A stretch of 64,000 bases of DNA, taken from assembly GCA_963723515.1 (NCBI GenBank), contig CAVRQT010000002.1, positions 1 through 64,000 on the forward strand. The letters run 5' to 3'. The notes under the pieces are model-generated. The model saw only the letters and a program-made list of their open reading frames with translations. It made no database searches and was not told the DNA's origin. This document shows positions 38,568 to 48,888 of the stretch, piece by piece (within the stretch, counting starts at the first letter, position 1; each line of letters starts with the position of its first letter). This DNA is from Vulcanimicrobiota bacterium (GTDB lineage Bacteria > Vulcanimicrobiota > Vulcanimicrobiia > Vulcanimicrobiales > Vulcanimicrobiaceae). The translations under genes were made by a program, and so were the position numbers.

Positions 38568-39815
38568 TTATGCGCGCCAGTCGAGCATCGCCGGCCACTC
38601 ATCGGGCGCAAAGATGGCTTTGGATTTGATCGCTTCGACGTACTTGCGTTTGCCGGCCATGTTGCCTTTGCCCAGCAGCAACCCCCCGGCAAGTCGACCC
38701 TTCAAGAAATACAACGCGCGATAGCGTTTCGTTTCCGGTTCTAACTTGCGAACCGTCTCCAAGTCGTCGCGGTACTCCGGCGAAAGACCGAATTGCAAGA
38801 TCGTCTGTTCGCTGAACAATTTACTCGAATACTCCGGAACGTCATGGTATCTGCTGTCACCGCCGGCCATATTGATCGCGACGACTTTGCCGTGGGCGCC
38901 GGCATTATTCCACGTTCCCATCCGATAGCGCATCTCCAGAATCGGGTCGTAAAAATCCGCGACATCGCCGGCGGCGAAGATGCCCTTGACGTTCGTTTCC
39001 AAACGGTCGTCGCAGACGATGCCGTTGCTGCTGAGCTCGACGGACGTTCCTTGCAGCACTTCATTATTGAGCGCCAGCCCCAAGCCGAAGCCGAAGCAAT
39101 CGCCTTCGATCTGCTTGCCGGAAGAGGTGATGACTTTGGTGACGACGCCGTTGCTGCGCGCCAAGTCCACAATCTGCTCGCCGTAGTGCATGTGGACGCC
39201 ATCTGCGCGCGCCGCTTGATCCACAAGATCGCCGGCATCTTCATCGAGCATGCGGCGCAAAAAGCGAGGACCGCGCATGATCCAGTGCGTCTCCATGCCG
39301 CGTGAGGCGAACGCCTCTGCGAGTTCATATGCGATGAACGATCCGCCGACTGCGATGGCGGCCTTGGAGCGCTCCAGTTGCTCCGAAATCGCCAACGTAT
39401 CGTCCATGTATTGAAAGTTATAGACGTTCGCGGCGCCGCTTGCGCTCTCGTAGGGCGGCAGATGGGGACGGCCGCCGGTTGCGACCAGCAGCGCATCATA
39501 CGGATAGGACTTACCGGCGGCGCTGACATAGCGCTCCTGCGCATTGACGCTTTCGACGCGCGTGCGCAAGAACAGCGCGATGTTGTGCTTCTCGTGCCAT
39601 GCCTCATCCCGAATGATCACCTTCTGTTGGGTGACTTGTTTGCGAAGCAGCGGCGGCAACGCGATGCGATTGTAGAGCGTGTATGGCTCGTCCGTGAACA
39701 GCGTTATGGAGCAGGCAGGGTCGGCTTTGCGCAATTGTTCCGCTGCGGTCGTGCCGGCAAAGCCGTTTCCGACGATCACATACCGCCGGAAGCCGTTCGA
39801 TTGCACGCCGTTCAA
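38568..39815 (-). CDS. NAD(P)/FAD-dependent oxidoreductase (ferredoxin/rubredoxin reductase-like)
   Basis: GNGFAG, LLVATGG, GGSFIAYE, FAAGDVA. Confidence 0.88.
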   Translation of the reverse strand: MNGVQSNGFRRYVIVGNGFAGTTAAEQLRKADPACSITLFTDEPYTLYNRIALPPLLRKQVTQQKVIIRDEAWHEKHNIALFLRTRVESVNAQERYVSAAGKSYPYDALLVATGGRPHLPPYESASGAANVYNFQYMDDTLAISEQLERSKAAIAVGGSFIAYELAEAFASRGMETHWIMRGPRFLRRMLDEDAGDLVDQAARADGVHMHYGEQIVDLARSNGVVTKVITSSGKQIEGDCFGFGLGLALNNEVLQGTSVELSSNGIVCDDRLETNVKGIFAAGDVADFYDPILEMRYRMGTWNNAGAHGKVVAINMAGGDSRYHDVPEYSSKLFSEQTILQFGLSPEYRDDLETVRKLEPETKRYRALYFLKGRLAGGLLLGKGNMAGKRKYVEAIKSKAIFAPDEWPAMLDWRA

Positions 39816-39884
39816 CCTGCTTCTCGCCCTTCGCCACCTCGAAATGCGCTCCCGCCACGCAAGTCGAACAGCATCGCGTTGGAA

Positions 39885-40226
39885 ATGGAAACGCGACTGG
39901 TTCAGTTGCTTGGTTCGTTCATCGGCGTCACCGCCGATTACGCGCTTGCGCGGCTCGAGCTGGCATATCGCTATCCGTCACGGCTCGTCCCGCCGATCAT
40001 CGATCGACTGAGCGATGCATCAGCGGATACCTTACGCGACCACTGGGGCAGCGTCGAAGCGCAATTGGAGGCGGCAATACGCTACGTGAAACAGATCGAG
40101 GCGCTTTCCAGTACACCAATTCGTTCCGATGCCGCCTTCGGGTGGCTGGAGCGCAGCGTCCGCGAGCTCGACCAATATGCTCGCGCGGTGCGCTGGGTTC
40201 TGACCGTCACCGAACGCGGCCCTTAG
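39885..40226 (+). CDS. Hypothetical alpha-helical protein
   Basis: Non-overlapping part of a long + frame; helical composition. Confidence 0.55.
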   Translation: METRLVQLLGSFIGVTADYALARLELAYRYPSRLVPPIIDRLSDASADTLRDHWGSVEAQLEAAIRYVKQIEALSSTPIRSDAAFGWLERSVRELDQYARAVRWVLTVTERGP

Positions 40227-40280
40227 ACAGGCTGTAGGGTGACAGGAGCCAACCCAATGGCCACGAGGAGAATATGAAAA

Positions 40281-40643
40281 ATGAATAACGAGTTGATCGA
40301 CAAGGCGCTCAAACACGCGCGCGAGATGCAAAAGAACATCGGCGATGCAGTCAACAAGCAGCGTGAAGCGATGACGCCGCTGATCACTGAGTCGCTAAAG
40401 AACGCGCAAGAGCTGCAAAACACGCTTGCCAAGCACGCCCAAGAGAGCGCTGGCATCACGAACGAGCAGACGCAACGGGCCATGGGCCACGTGCAAAAAT
40501 TCATGCGCATCGGCGCGGACGCAATGCGTTCATCGGCCGATCAAATGCGAACGCAAGTGCAGCAGATGATGGATCAGTCAAAAGAAGCGGCTAACTCAAC
40601 TGCTGAGGCGGTCGGCAAAGAGCCGGAGGATGTTAAACCTTAG
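40281..40643 (+). CDS. Hypothetical amphipathic helical protein (phasin/LEA-like composition)
   Basis: AGGAG SD; rich in Q/A/M/K/E with almost no aromatic residues. Confidence 0.65.
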   Translation: MNNELIDKALKHAREMQKNIGDAVNKQREAMTPLITESLKNAQELQNTLAKHAQESAGITNEQTQRAMGHVQKFMRIGADAMRSSADQMRTQVQQMMDQSKEAANSTAEAVGKEPEDVKP

Positions 40644-40808
40644 GGGTTCGTCAAATTTGGGCCCTTTTCAGAATTGGTGCGAATTTTGATCGAAGACGAG
40701 GCGCGACGAGGGAGCGAAGCCGGAGCTTCGTGACCGATGGCGCAACGAAGTATTCGGACAAAAGGCACCCCAAAGGCGATGAGGAGCCCAAGTTTGACGG
40801 ACTCCTAA
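40640..40808. mobile_element. MITE-like non-autonomous element or long hairpin (~169 bp) with terminal inverted repeats
   Basis: Left TTAGGGGTTCGTCAAATTTGGGCCC vs reverse complement of right TTAGGAGTCCGTCAAACTTGGGCTC (21/25 identical); TA at both ends; no ORF. Confidence 0.6.
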
Positions 40809-41980
40809 CCGTGCAGCCCTAAACCGACCATCATTCGAAAGCCGACGTCGAGCGCGCGTTCATCGATGTCGAAGCGCGCATTGTGGTGCGCGAACGATGT
40901 TGCATCGTTTCCCTTTGAGCCGACGATGAAGTAGGCGCCGGGGCGCTGCTCTTGCATAAACGCCATGTCTTCGGCCCACATGACGATGTCGTGCTCGACG
41001 ACCTTGTCGTCTCCAAGCATCTGGCGGCCAACGTCGCGCACGATATCATTGACGGCTGCATCGTTGACGGTCGGCGGATAGCCGCGGCGATAATCCAGCC
41101 GGTATTCGACGCGCATTGCACGCGAGAGTCCATCGAGAATTCGTTCCATGCGCGCCGGCATCGCATCGCGCACCTGCGCATCGAAGGCACGCACGGTCCC
41201 TTCCAACTCGGCTTCGTCGGGGATCACGTTGAACGTCGTTCCGGCCTGAAATTTTCCGACCGTAAACACGGCCGGATCTTTCGGCGCCACCTCGCGGCTA
41301 ACGACGGTTTGCAGCATCGTGACGAAGTAGGAAGCCGCGGCGATGGGATCGATCGCCCGATCCGGCATCGCGCCATGTCCGCCTCTGCCGTAAAACATCA
41401 GCTTCCACTCGTCGGCCGACGCGAAGAATGCCCCGTCGCGAACGCCGATCTTGCCGACCTCCAAAACGCTTGCCATGTGCAGCGCGAAGGTGCGATCGAC
41501 GTGCGGGCTCTCAAGCGCACCGGCTTCGATCATCTGCCGGTTGCCGGCATAGCCTTCTTCTCCGGGCTGAAAACAGAACACGAGCGTGCCTGGAACTTCA
41601 TCGCGGCGACGCATGAGCTCACGCGCTGCCGACAGCAGGATCGCGACGTGAGCATCGTGCCCACACGCGTGCATGACGCCGTCGTGCGAAGACCTGTAAG
41701 GAACCTCGTTCAGTTCAGTGATGGGCAAGGCGTCCATATCGGCACGTAGCAGCGTGACCGGTCCGGCCCTGCCGCCTTTGAGCGTTGCGAGGACGCCCGT
41801 CTTGGCGACGCCGGTTCGCAGATCGTCGAGTTGCAGCTTGCGCAACTCACGTTCGACGTAGGCCGCTGTTTCATGCTCGACCATCGAGCGCTCGGGATAT
41901 TGATGAAAGTGCCGCCGCTCCTGAACGAGCGCGTCATGCGGCACATCAAAGTTGCGCCGCAAGTGATGCAAAACCGTCAT
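40805..41980 (-). CDS. M20D amidohydrolase
   Basis: LRADMDALP, MHACGHD, FQPGEEG, GRGGHG, AED. Confidence 0.92.
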   Translation of the reverse strand: MTVLHHLRRNFDVPHDALVQERRHFHQYPERSMVEHETAAYVERELRKLQLDDLRTGVAKTGVLATLKGGRAGPVTLLRADMDALPITELNEVPYRSSHDGVMHACGHDAHVAILLSAARELMRRRDEVPGTLVFCFQPGEEGYAGNRQMIEAGALESPHVDRTFALHMASVLEVGKIGVRDGAFFASADEWKLMFYGRGGHGAMPDRAIDPIAAASYFVTMLQTVVSREVAPKDPAVFTVGKFQAGTTFNVIPDEAELEGTVRAFDAQVRDAMPARMERILDGLSRAMRVEYRLDYRRGYPPTVNDAAVNDIVRDVGRQMLGDDKVVEHDIVMWAEDMAFMQEQRPGAYFIVGSKGNDATSFAHHNARFDIDERALDVGFRMMVGLGLHG

Positions 41981-42786
41981 GTTCCGAAGAGCGCCTTGAA
42001 AAGGTACGTTCCTGTGCTCGGCATGCAGTCGATTGTCGCCGGATTGTACGTCGAAGCCTTCGCGCTCTCGAGCACCGCGCCGTTCAAACGCGGAAACGGA
42101 CTGCTTTGAACGAGCTCGACGCCGAGCGGCTCGCCGCTCGGACTGACGTGGACGAGTGCGACGACGGGCGTCGGGCCTTTCAGCGTCGTCAAATCACCCG
42201 CGTCGGGCTTAACTTCATCTTTGATCGTCGGCGTTTGATCGGGCGCGGCGCAATCACGATGAATTTGCGCGACGACCTCCGGCCGGCTCATCTGTGCATC
42301 CCTCGATGCGGCCAAAATGCGCTCGTTTGCCGCTTGGCGCGCGGCCAGATCGGCGTGCGTCAGACGGCGATCGTTGAAATACTCGTGGGACGCCTTAAAC
42401 GGATCGAGCGGACACGTGATGTCTTGTTGCGCTTCCTCCACGCGCGAGACCCAGACGTAATCGACCCCTCTGGCGCGCTCGAACGAAAAAAAAGTGACCG
42501 TTCCACGGCCGCCGCTAAAGTTGAGATCGTTGAACCTCGTGCGATAGACCGCTCCGTTGGCCGCGATCGACAGCTCGACCGTTGCCGTCCGGGGCGCTTC
42601 CGAGAGCAGCTCGACCCCGAAACGGCGATCGACGGCGCGACGGTAAGCGTCTAAGGCGGAGAATTGCAATGCCTGAATCGCACCGACCGAAACCGGACAA
42701 TACTGAAACGCGACAACGGGTTCGCGCAACGCAAAGACGGCAGCCGCAAGGCCAATCAGCACGACGCCGACGCGTGCGACAAACAT
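41977..42786 (-). CDS. Secreted protein with a C-terminal TonB-C-like domain
   Basis: Signal peptide; VHVSPSG...QSS...LNGAVLESAK...YNPA. Confidence 0.6.
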   Translation of the reverse strand: MFVARVGVVLIGLAAAVFALREPVVAFQYCPVSVGAIQALQFSALDAYRRAVDRRFGVELLSEAPRTATVELSIAANGAVYRTRFNDLNFSGGRGTVTFFSFERARGVDYVWVSRVEEAQQDITCPLDPFKASHEYFNDRRLTHADLAARQAANERILAASRDAQMSRPEVVAQIHRDCAAPDQTPTIKDEVKPDAGDLTTLKGPTPVVALVHVSPSGEPLGVELVQSSPFPRLNGAVLESAKASTYNPATIDCMPSTGTYLFKALFGT

Positions 42787-42880
42787 GTGACCGTATTTTA
42801 ACGTACGTCGCCGTCGGTTCCGCCTGCGCTCGCTTGCAAATCGAGCGGAACGGCACCGGAAAACCCGAAATGCCACGGCG

Positions 42881-43915
42881 ATGGCCAAGGCTGCCGCATC
42901 GAGCACAGCAGCGACGCAATTCGACCGACAAGGTCTGAGCAACGACCAGCTTCAGAGCATGCTTCGAACGATGCTCATGCAACGCGGGCTCGAGAATCGC
43001 GGCTTTCAATTGAACCGCCAAGGCAAGATTCCGTTTGCGAGTGCGAGCGAAGGGCACGAAGCGGTTCAGGCCGGCGCTGCAATGGCGTTCCGGCGCGGCA
43101 AGGACATTCTCGTTCCATACTACCGCGATCTCGGTCTGGACCTAGGCATCGGACTGACCCCCTACGAGGTACTGCTTTCGCTTTTTGCGCGCGCGGCGGA
43201 GCACTCAGGCGGACGGCAATTCTTGCATCACTACGCGAGCCGCCGCCTCGGCATCCATACGATCTCATCGGTTATTGCGGCGCAACTGCCGCATGCCGTC
43301 GGCGCTGCATTCGCGCTGAAAGCGCGCCGCGAAAGTGGCCGCGCGGTCCTGACAACGTTTGGAGATGGCGCGACGAGTGAAGGCGAGTGGCACGAATCGA
43401 TGAACTTCGCGGCGGTTCATCGGCTTCCGATCGTCTTTCTGTGTGAGAACAACGAATGGGCAATCTCGACGCCGCAGCGCATGCAGATGGCGATACAAGA
43501 CATCTATCGCAAAGCCGAGGGGTACGGAATTCCAGGCGCCGGCGTGAATGGTTTCGATCCGATCGCCTGTTATGGCGTGGTGCGTGACGCCTTAGAGCGA
43601 GCGCGCAGCGGCGGCGGTCCGACGCTCGTTGAAGCGAAGTGCTATCGTTTTCTCGCGCACTCGACCGACGACGACGACACGGCCTATCGCTCGCGCGAAG
43701 AAGTCGCCGAGCGGCGCAAAGAGGATCCGCTTCCCCGTTTCGAGCGCTTTCTCGTTGAGGTCGGGGTCCTGACCGCCGCGCAAGCCGAGGAACTGCGCGC
43801 CGCGGTGCTGGCGCAGATCAACGACGCGACCGACCGCGCCGAGCAGATGCCGTACCCGTTAGCCGAGGACCTTTATACACAGGTCTATAGCGAGCGTCAC
43901 GAGCCGTGGCGGTGA
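42881..43915 (+). CDS. 2-oxoacid (branched-chain-type) dehydrogenase E1 alpha, copy 1
   Basis: GHEA, PYYRD, TPP motif FGDGATSEG...ENN, HSTDDD. Confidence 0.92.
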   Translation: MAKAAASSTAATQFDRQGLSNDQLQSMLRTMLMQRGLENRGFQLNRQGKIPFASASEGHEAVQAGAAMAFRRGKDILVPYYRDLGLDLGIGLTPYEVLLSLFARAAEHSGGRQFLHHYASRRLGIHTISSVIAAQLPHAVGAAFALKARRESGRAVLTTFGDGATSEGEWHESMNFAAVHRLPIVFLCENNEWAISTPQRMQMAIQDIYRKAEGYGIPGAGVNGFDPIACYGVVRDALERARSGGGPTLVEAKCYRFLAHSTDDDDTAYRSREEVAERRKEDPLPRFERFLVEVGVLTAAQAEELRAAVLAQINDATDRAEQMPYPLAEDLYTQVYSERHEPWR

Positions 43916-43968
43916 ATAATGCAGCGGCGCGCAGGGCGAATCTCAGCCCTTTGTAAAGGATGGGTGCG

Positions 43969-45000
43969 ATGACGACGGCCTCGGCAGCGGCGGCAGCCGG
44001 CAAACTCGAGCGTTACGGCCTGAGCGACGACCAGCTCCGCGCGATACTGCGCACGATGCTGATGCAGCGCCAGCTCGACAATCGCGGTTTCCAGCTCAAC
44101 CGTCAGGGCAAGATTCCCTTCGCCCTCGGAAGCGAAGGCCATGAAGCGATTCAAGCCGGCGCCGCGATCGCGTTCATTCGCGGCAAGGACGTTCTTGCGC
44201 CGTACTACCGCGATCTCGGCCTCGCCGTGGGCATTGGCTTCACGCCGCTTGAGGTTCTTCTTTCGCTCTTCGCGCGCGCAGCCGATCACAACGGCGGACG
44301 CCAATTTCCGAACCACTATTCTTCCCGCCGCATCGGAATGATGTCATTCTCGTCGATCCTTGCGGCGCAAATTCCGCATGCCGTGGGGGCGGCGTATGCC
44401 CTGCAATACCGTAAAGAAGGCGGGCGCGCGGTGCTGGCCACCTTCGGCGATGGAACGACGAGCGAAGGCGAGTGGCATGAATCGATGAATTTCGCCGCGG
44501 TTCACCGGCTGCCGATCGTTTTTCTGTGCGAGAACAATCAGTGGGCGATCTCGACGCCGCTGAGCAAGCAGATGGGCCAACCGAACATCTGCAAACGCGC
44601 TGAAGGATACGGGATGCCTGGCGAGCAGTTCGACGGCTTCGATCCGATCAAAACATACGACGTCGTCAACCGCGCCATGCAACGCGCGCGTTCGGGCGGC
44701 GGCCCATCGCTGATCGAAGGGATGTGCTACCGATTCCTCGCGCACAGCACCGACGATGACGATCGCACCTATCGCACGCGCGAAGAGGTCGAAGAGCAAC
44801 GCATCAACGATCCGGTGCCGCGATTCGAACGCGCGCTGATCGACAACAAGATTATGACGCGTGAAGAGATCGACGCGATGCGCAAAGATGTGCTGCGCGA
44901 AGCAAATGAAGCGACGGACGAAGCAGAGGCGATGCCGTATCCGCAGGCATCCGATCTGTACACGAACGTTCATGAGGGAGCGTGGCAGCCATGGCAATAG
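43969..45000 (+). CDS. 2-oxoacid dehydrogenase E1 alpha, copy 2
   Basis: Same motifs (FGDGTTSEG...ENN, HSTDDD). Confidence 0.92.
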   Translation: MTTASAAAAAGKLERYGLSDDQLRAILRTMLMQRQLDNRGFQLNRQGKIPFALGSEGHEAIQAGAAIAFIRGKDVLAPYYRDLGLAVGIGFTPLEVLLSLFARAADHNGGRQFPNHYSSRRIGMMSFSSILAAQIPHAVGAAYALQYRKEGGRAVLATFGDGTTSEGEWHESMNFAAVHRLPIVFLCENNQWAISTPLSKQMGQPNICKRAEGYGMPGEQFDGFDPIKTYDVVNRAMQRARSGGGPSLIEGMCYRFLAHSTDDDDRTYRTREEVEEQRINDPVPRFERALIDNKIMTREEIDAMRKDVLREANEATDEAEAMPYPQASDLYTNVHEGAWQPWQ

Positions 45001-45992
45001 CGGCGCCTTCCAAAGTGATGACCAACGTCGAGGCCGTGCGCGCGACGCTCTACGATGCGCTTAAGCGCGACGAGCGCGTCTTGATATTGGGCGAGGACGT
45101 CGGCAACCGCGGCAACGTCTTCTTAATCACCAAGGGCTTCATCGAGGAGTTCGGCGCGCAGCGCGTCGTCGACACGCCGATCGCCGAGGCTTCGATCGTC
45201 GGCGTTGCCGTCGGCATGGCGATGGAAGGCTTGCGGCCGATTGCCGAAATTCAGTTTGCGGATTTCATCTATCCCGCGTTCAACCAAATCGTCGGCGAAG
45301 CGGCGAAGATCCGTTATCGCAGCAACGGAGAGTACACGTGCCCGATGGTCATCCGGGCACCGTACGGCGGCGGCGTGCGCGGCGCGCTCTCGCACTCAGT
45401 ATCCGTTGAGGCACTCTTTTACCATGTTCCCGGCTTGAAGATCGTCGCGCCGTCAACGCCCCGCGATATCAAGGGCTTGCTGAACGCGGCGATCGAGGAT
45501 CCGGATCCCGTGATGTTCTTTGAACACAAGCGAACGTACCGTTTGATTAAAGATGAGGTCCCGGCAGAGTACTTCACGATTCCCATCGGCAAGGCAAACG
45601 TGACGAAAGAGGGTTCCCAGTTGACGGTCGTTTCATACGGCCTCAACGCGCACCAGGCGCTCGACGCGGCAAAACGACTCGAGGGCGAGGGATTATCGGT
45701 TGAAGTGATCGACTTGCGTTCGATTCGGCCAATGGATCGCGGCGCGATCCTCAACTCCGTTCGCAAAACGCATAAGCTGCTGATCATCCATGAAGACAAC
45801 AAGTTCGGCGGAATCGGCGCCGAGATCAGCGCGATGGTCGCCGAAGACGCGCTCTTCGAGCTCGATGCACCGATCCGGCGGCTCTGCGGCCCGGATGTTC
45901 CCGCGATGGGTTACGCTTTGCCGCTGGAAGAGGAGTTCATGATCTCGACGGATCGGATGGCCGATGTGATGCGCGAAATGGTGACATTCTGA
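44991..45992 (+). CDS. 2-oxoacid dehydrogenase E1 beta
   Basis: GEDVG, DTPIAE, EIQFADF, FEHK, IDLRSI. Confidence 0.93.
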   Translation: MAIAAPSKVMTNVEAVRATLYDALKRDERVLILGEDVGNRGNVFLITKGFIEEFGAQRVVDTPIAEASIVGVAVGMAMEGLRPIAEIQFADFIYPAFNQIVGEAAKIRYRSNGEYTCPMVIRAPYGGGVRGALSHSVSVEALFYHVPGLKIVAPSTPRDIKGLLNAAIEDPDPVMFFEHKRTYRLIKDEVPAEYFTIPIGKANVTKEGSQLTVVSYGLNAHQALDAAKRLEGEGLSVEVIDLRSIRPMDRGAILNSVRKTHKLLIIHEDNKFGGIGAEISAMVAEDALFELDAPIRRLCGPDVPAMGYALPLEEEFMISTDRMADVMREMVTF

Positions 45993-47347
45993 TGCCGACA
46001 ACGATTACGATGCCGCAACTCGGCGAAACGGTCACCGAAGGCACCGTTGCGCAATGGCTCAAGAAGCCGGGTGACGATGTCGAGAAGTACGAGGCGTTTG
46101 TTGAGGTTTCGACCGACAAAGTCAACGCGGAAGTTCCCTCTCCGGTAACCGGCCGCCTGAGCCAACTGCTCGTCAAAGAAGGCGAAACGGTTGCCACCGG
46201 CACTCCGATCGCGATCATCGACGAAGGCGAGGCGCTGACCGAAGGCAGCGCTCCGCAACAAACGCAACCGCAGCCGCAGGCAGCACCGGAGCGCCCGCAA
46301 GTTGCCGCAAGCGCAGGCAATGGCGCGGCACGCGACGGCGCGGCCGCACTGCGCGGCGCATCGCCGGCGGTTCGCCGCCTTGCGCGCGAACATCACATCG
46401 ACATTACGAGCCTTCGGGGCACGGGCCAAAATGGGCGCGTCACGGTTGACGACGTCATGGCAGCGGCACGAATGGGACCGGCCGCCGCAGTGGGGCAAGC
46501 GGTCGCTGCATCCGCCGCACCGCCACAACCGCCGCCGGCACAAGCACCCGCCGCGGCCCGAGCGCCAAGTGCACCGCAGATCCCAACGCCGGCACACCCG
46601 CCGCCGGCGCATGCGCCGACGAGCGAAACCAGCACCTACGCAGCCCCGATTCCGGGCACGATGATTCCGCTCAATCAAGCGCGCAAGATCATCGCGCAGC
46701 GCATGGTCGAGAGCAAGCACAATGCGCCGCACGCGTGGTCGATGGTCGAAGTTGACGTCACCAGCCTTTGGAAGTGGCGCCAGCGCGAGAAGGAAGCCTT
46801 TGCGCGCGATCACGGTTACTCGCTGACGCTTCTTCCTTTCTTCATCCGCGCAGTCGTCGAATCGATCGGCGCATTCCCGTTGATGAATGCACGCTTCACC
46901 GATGAAGGTATTTACGTTCATCCGGACGTCAACATCGGTATTGCGATCGGCCTGGCGACGAATTTGGTCGTGCCCGTCATCAAGCATGCCGATAAGCTCT
47001 CGATTCGCGGCTTGGCGATCGTCGCGGGTCAACTGATCGAGAAGGCGCGCAATAACAAATTGAACGTTGATGATTTAGCCGGCGGCACATTTACGGTCAA
47101 CAATAACGGCGCCAACGGATCGTATGCTTCGGCGCCGATCATCAACGCGGGACAAGCCGGCATCGTCACGATGGAGGCGGTCGTGCGCAAGCCCATCGTC
47201 TTGCGCGACGACTCGATCGCGATCCGCTCGATGATGAACTGCTGTCTCTCGCTGGACCACCGCGTCGTCGACGGCTACGTCGCGAGCGGTTTCTTAGCGG
47301 ACTTGAAAAAACGGTTGGAGGCCATGGGCCCGGATGGCTCGCTCTAA
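45992..47347 (+). CDS. Dihydrolipoamide acyltransferase E2
   Basis: Lipoyl domain STDKV, E3-binding SPAVRRLARE, DHRVVDG. Confidence 0.93.
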   Translation: MPTTITMPQLGETVTEGTVAQWLKKPGDDVEKYEAFVEVSTDKVNAEVPSPVTGRLSQLLVKEGETVATGTPIAIIDEGEALTEGSAPQQTQPQPQAAPERPQVAASAGNGAARDGAAALRGASPAVRRLAREHHIDITSLRGTGQNGRVTVDDVMAAARMGPAAAVGQAVAASAAPPQPPPAQAPAAARAPSAPQIPTPAHPPPAHAPTSETSTYAAPIPGTMIPLNQARKIIAQRMVESKHNAPHAWSMVEVDVTSLWKWRQREKEAFARDHGYSLTLLPFFIRAVVESIGAFPLMNARFTDEGIYVHPDVNIGIAIGLATNLVVPVIKHADKLSIRGLAIVAGQLIEKARNNKLNVDDLAGGTFTVNNNGANGSYASAPIINAGQAGIVTMEAVVRKPIVLRDDSIAIRSMMNCCLSLDHRVVDGYVASGFLADLKKRLEAMGPDGSL

Positions 47348-48515
47348 CGCACAGCGGCTCGCGCAGTTCGCTGCGCTGGCTACCGCCCTAGCGTTCGGTT
47401 CAGGAATCGCCCGCGCCGCCGATGACGCGGGCAAACTTTTTGCAAGCGGCAACTTCGATGCGGCGGCCAACGCGTACACCGTCATTTTGCAACGCGACCC
47501 CCAAGACGCATCCGCAAATCTTGGCTTAGGAACGATCGAACTTTACCGCAACCGCCTGACAAACGCCGAATCGCTCTTGCGTAAAGCGCTCGCAGATACG
47601 AGCACGGCATCTCTCGCCCAACGCGAATTGAGCGTTTTGGTACAGCGGCGCGGCGTGGCGGGACAGTACCGGATTACTTATGCAAGCTCCGCGGGCACCG
47701 CCGTGCCGTTTGTTCAAGTCGATCCGCTTCCGACGGTGCGCGTTCGCGTCGGTAACCGCGATAGTTACTTTTTGATCGACACCGGTGCACCCGATATTGT
47801 CATCGATCGGATTTTCGCTCGGGAGCGGAAGCTCAAAACGCAGGCGGCTGGCGTTGGCGTTTTTGCGGGTGGTCAACGCGCCACTGTTTACTCGACCATT
47901 CTTCCGTCGTTGACCGTAGGCGACAGTCGAATTGAAAACGTACCGGCGCGAGTCATGCCTGTCCGTGGGCTCGGTGGACGCTTCCGCATCGATGGGATCA
48001 TCGGCACAGGCTTGCTCGCGCACTTTCTCAGCACACTGGACTACGTGCACCAAAAACTCTATCTACGACCCGGGGCATTCCCGCGTGCGCAGTTGGGCGC
48101 GGCGCCGGAAAAAACGACGGCCGTGCCCATGTGGCTCGTCGGCGACCACTTTATCTTTGCGCGCGGCCGGATCAACGATGCGCCCGAAGCGCTTTTCAAT
48201 ATCGACACCGGGCTCGCCGGTGGTGGCGTTCAGGCAACCAAAGCGGAAATCGATGCGGCGCATATCGTTCTCGACCAAGCACATGCATCCAGCGGAATGG
48301 GCGGCGGCGGCATGGTGAAGTTCATTCCGTTCCAAGCGGTCGTGAGCGTCGGTGAGGCCAGCGTAACGGACGTTCCCGGCATCTACACTCCTGAAGGCGA
48401 TCAGTTCGGAATCTTTCCCTTTGCGGTTGCGGGGACAATATCGCACGAATACTTTCGTCGCTTCGCGGTAACGTTCGACTTTACGAATATGCAACTGATC
48501 CTTCAGCGCCCATAG
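47334..48515 (+). CDS. Secreted TPR-containing retropepsin-like aspartyl protease with two protease domains
   Basis: Signal peptide, TPR-like helices, two IDTG motifs, DGIIG. Confidence 0.8.
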   Translation: MARSNAQRLAQFAALATALAFGSGIARAADDAGKLFASGNFDAAANAYTVILQRDPQDASANLGLGTIELYRNRLTNAESLLRKALADTSTASLAQRELSVLVQRRGVAGQYRITYASSAGTAVPFVQVDPLPTVRVRVGNRDSYFLIDTGAPDIVIDRIFARERKLKTQAAGVGVFAGGQRATVYSTILPSLTVGDSRIENVPARVMPVRGLGGRFRIDGIIGTGLLAHFLSTLDYVHQKLYLRPGAFPRAQLGAAPEKTTAVPMWLVGDHFIFARGRINDAPEALFNIDTGLAGGGVQATKAEIDAAHIVLDQAHASSGMGGGGMVKFIPFQAVVSVGEASVTDVPGIYTPEGDQFGIFPFAVAGTISHEYFRRFAVTFDFTNMQLILQRP

Positions 48516-48522
48516 CCCAACA

Positions 48523-48888
48523 ATGCAGATACGCAAGCAATTCAAGTTTGAAGCGGCTCATCAATTGCCGCATCATCCTGGAAAATGCGCGCGGCCGCAC
48601 GGCCATTCGTATCGTTTGGACGTTGCCGTCCGCGGTCCGATTCAACACGCCGGAGCAGCGGCGGGCATGGTCGACGATTTTGAAGCGCTCGAACACGTCG
48701 TGCAGCAAAAGGTCATCGACTCCGTCGACCATCGCTCTCTCAACGACATCCTCGAAAATCCGACCTGCGAGATGATTTTGCAGTGGATGTGGAAGCAGCT
48801 TCATCCATCGCTGCCGCGACTGGACGAGCTCGTGCTTTGGGAAACTGCAACCTCGTGTGCGGTGATGCAAGCCAATGATCAACAGTGA
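48523..48888 (+). CDS. queD: 6-carboxytetrahydropterin synthase
   Basis: FEAAH, C..PHGHSY, NPTCE, WET. Confidence 0.92.
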   Translation: MQIRKQFKFEAAHQLPHHPGKCARPHGHSYRLDVAVRGPIQHAGAAAGMVDDFEALEHVVQQKVIDSVDHRSLNDILENPTCEMILQWMWKQLHPSLPRLDELVLWETATSCAVMQANDQQ

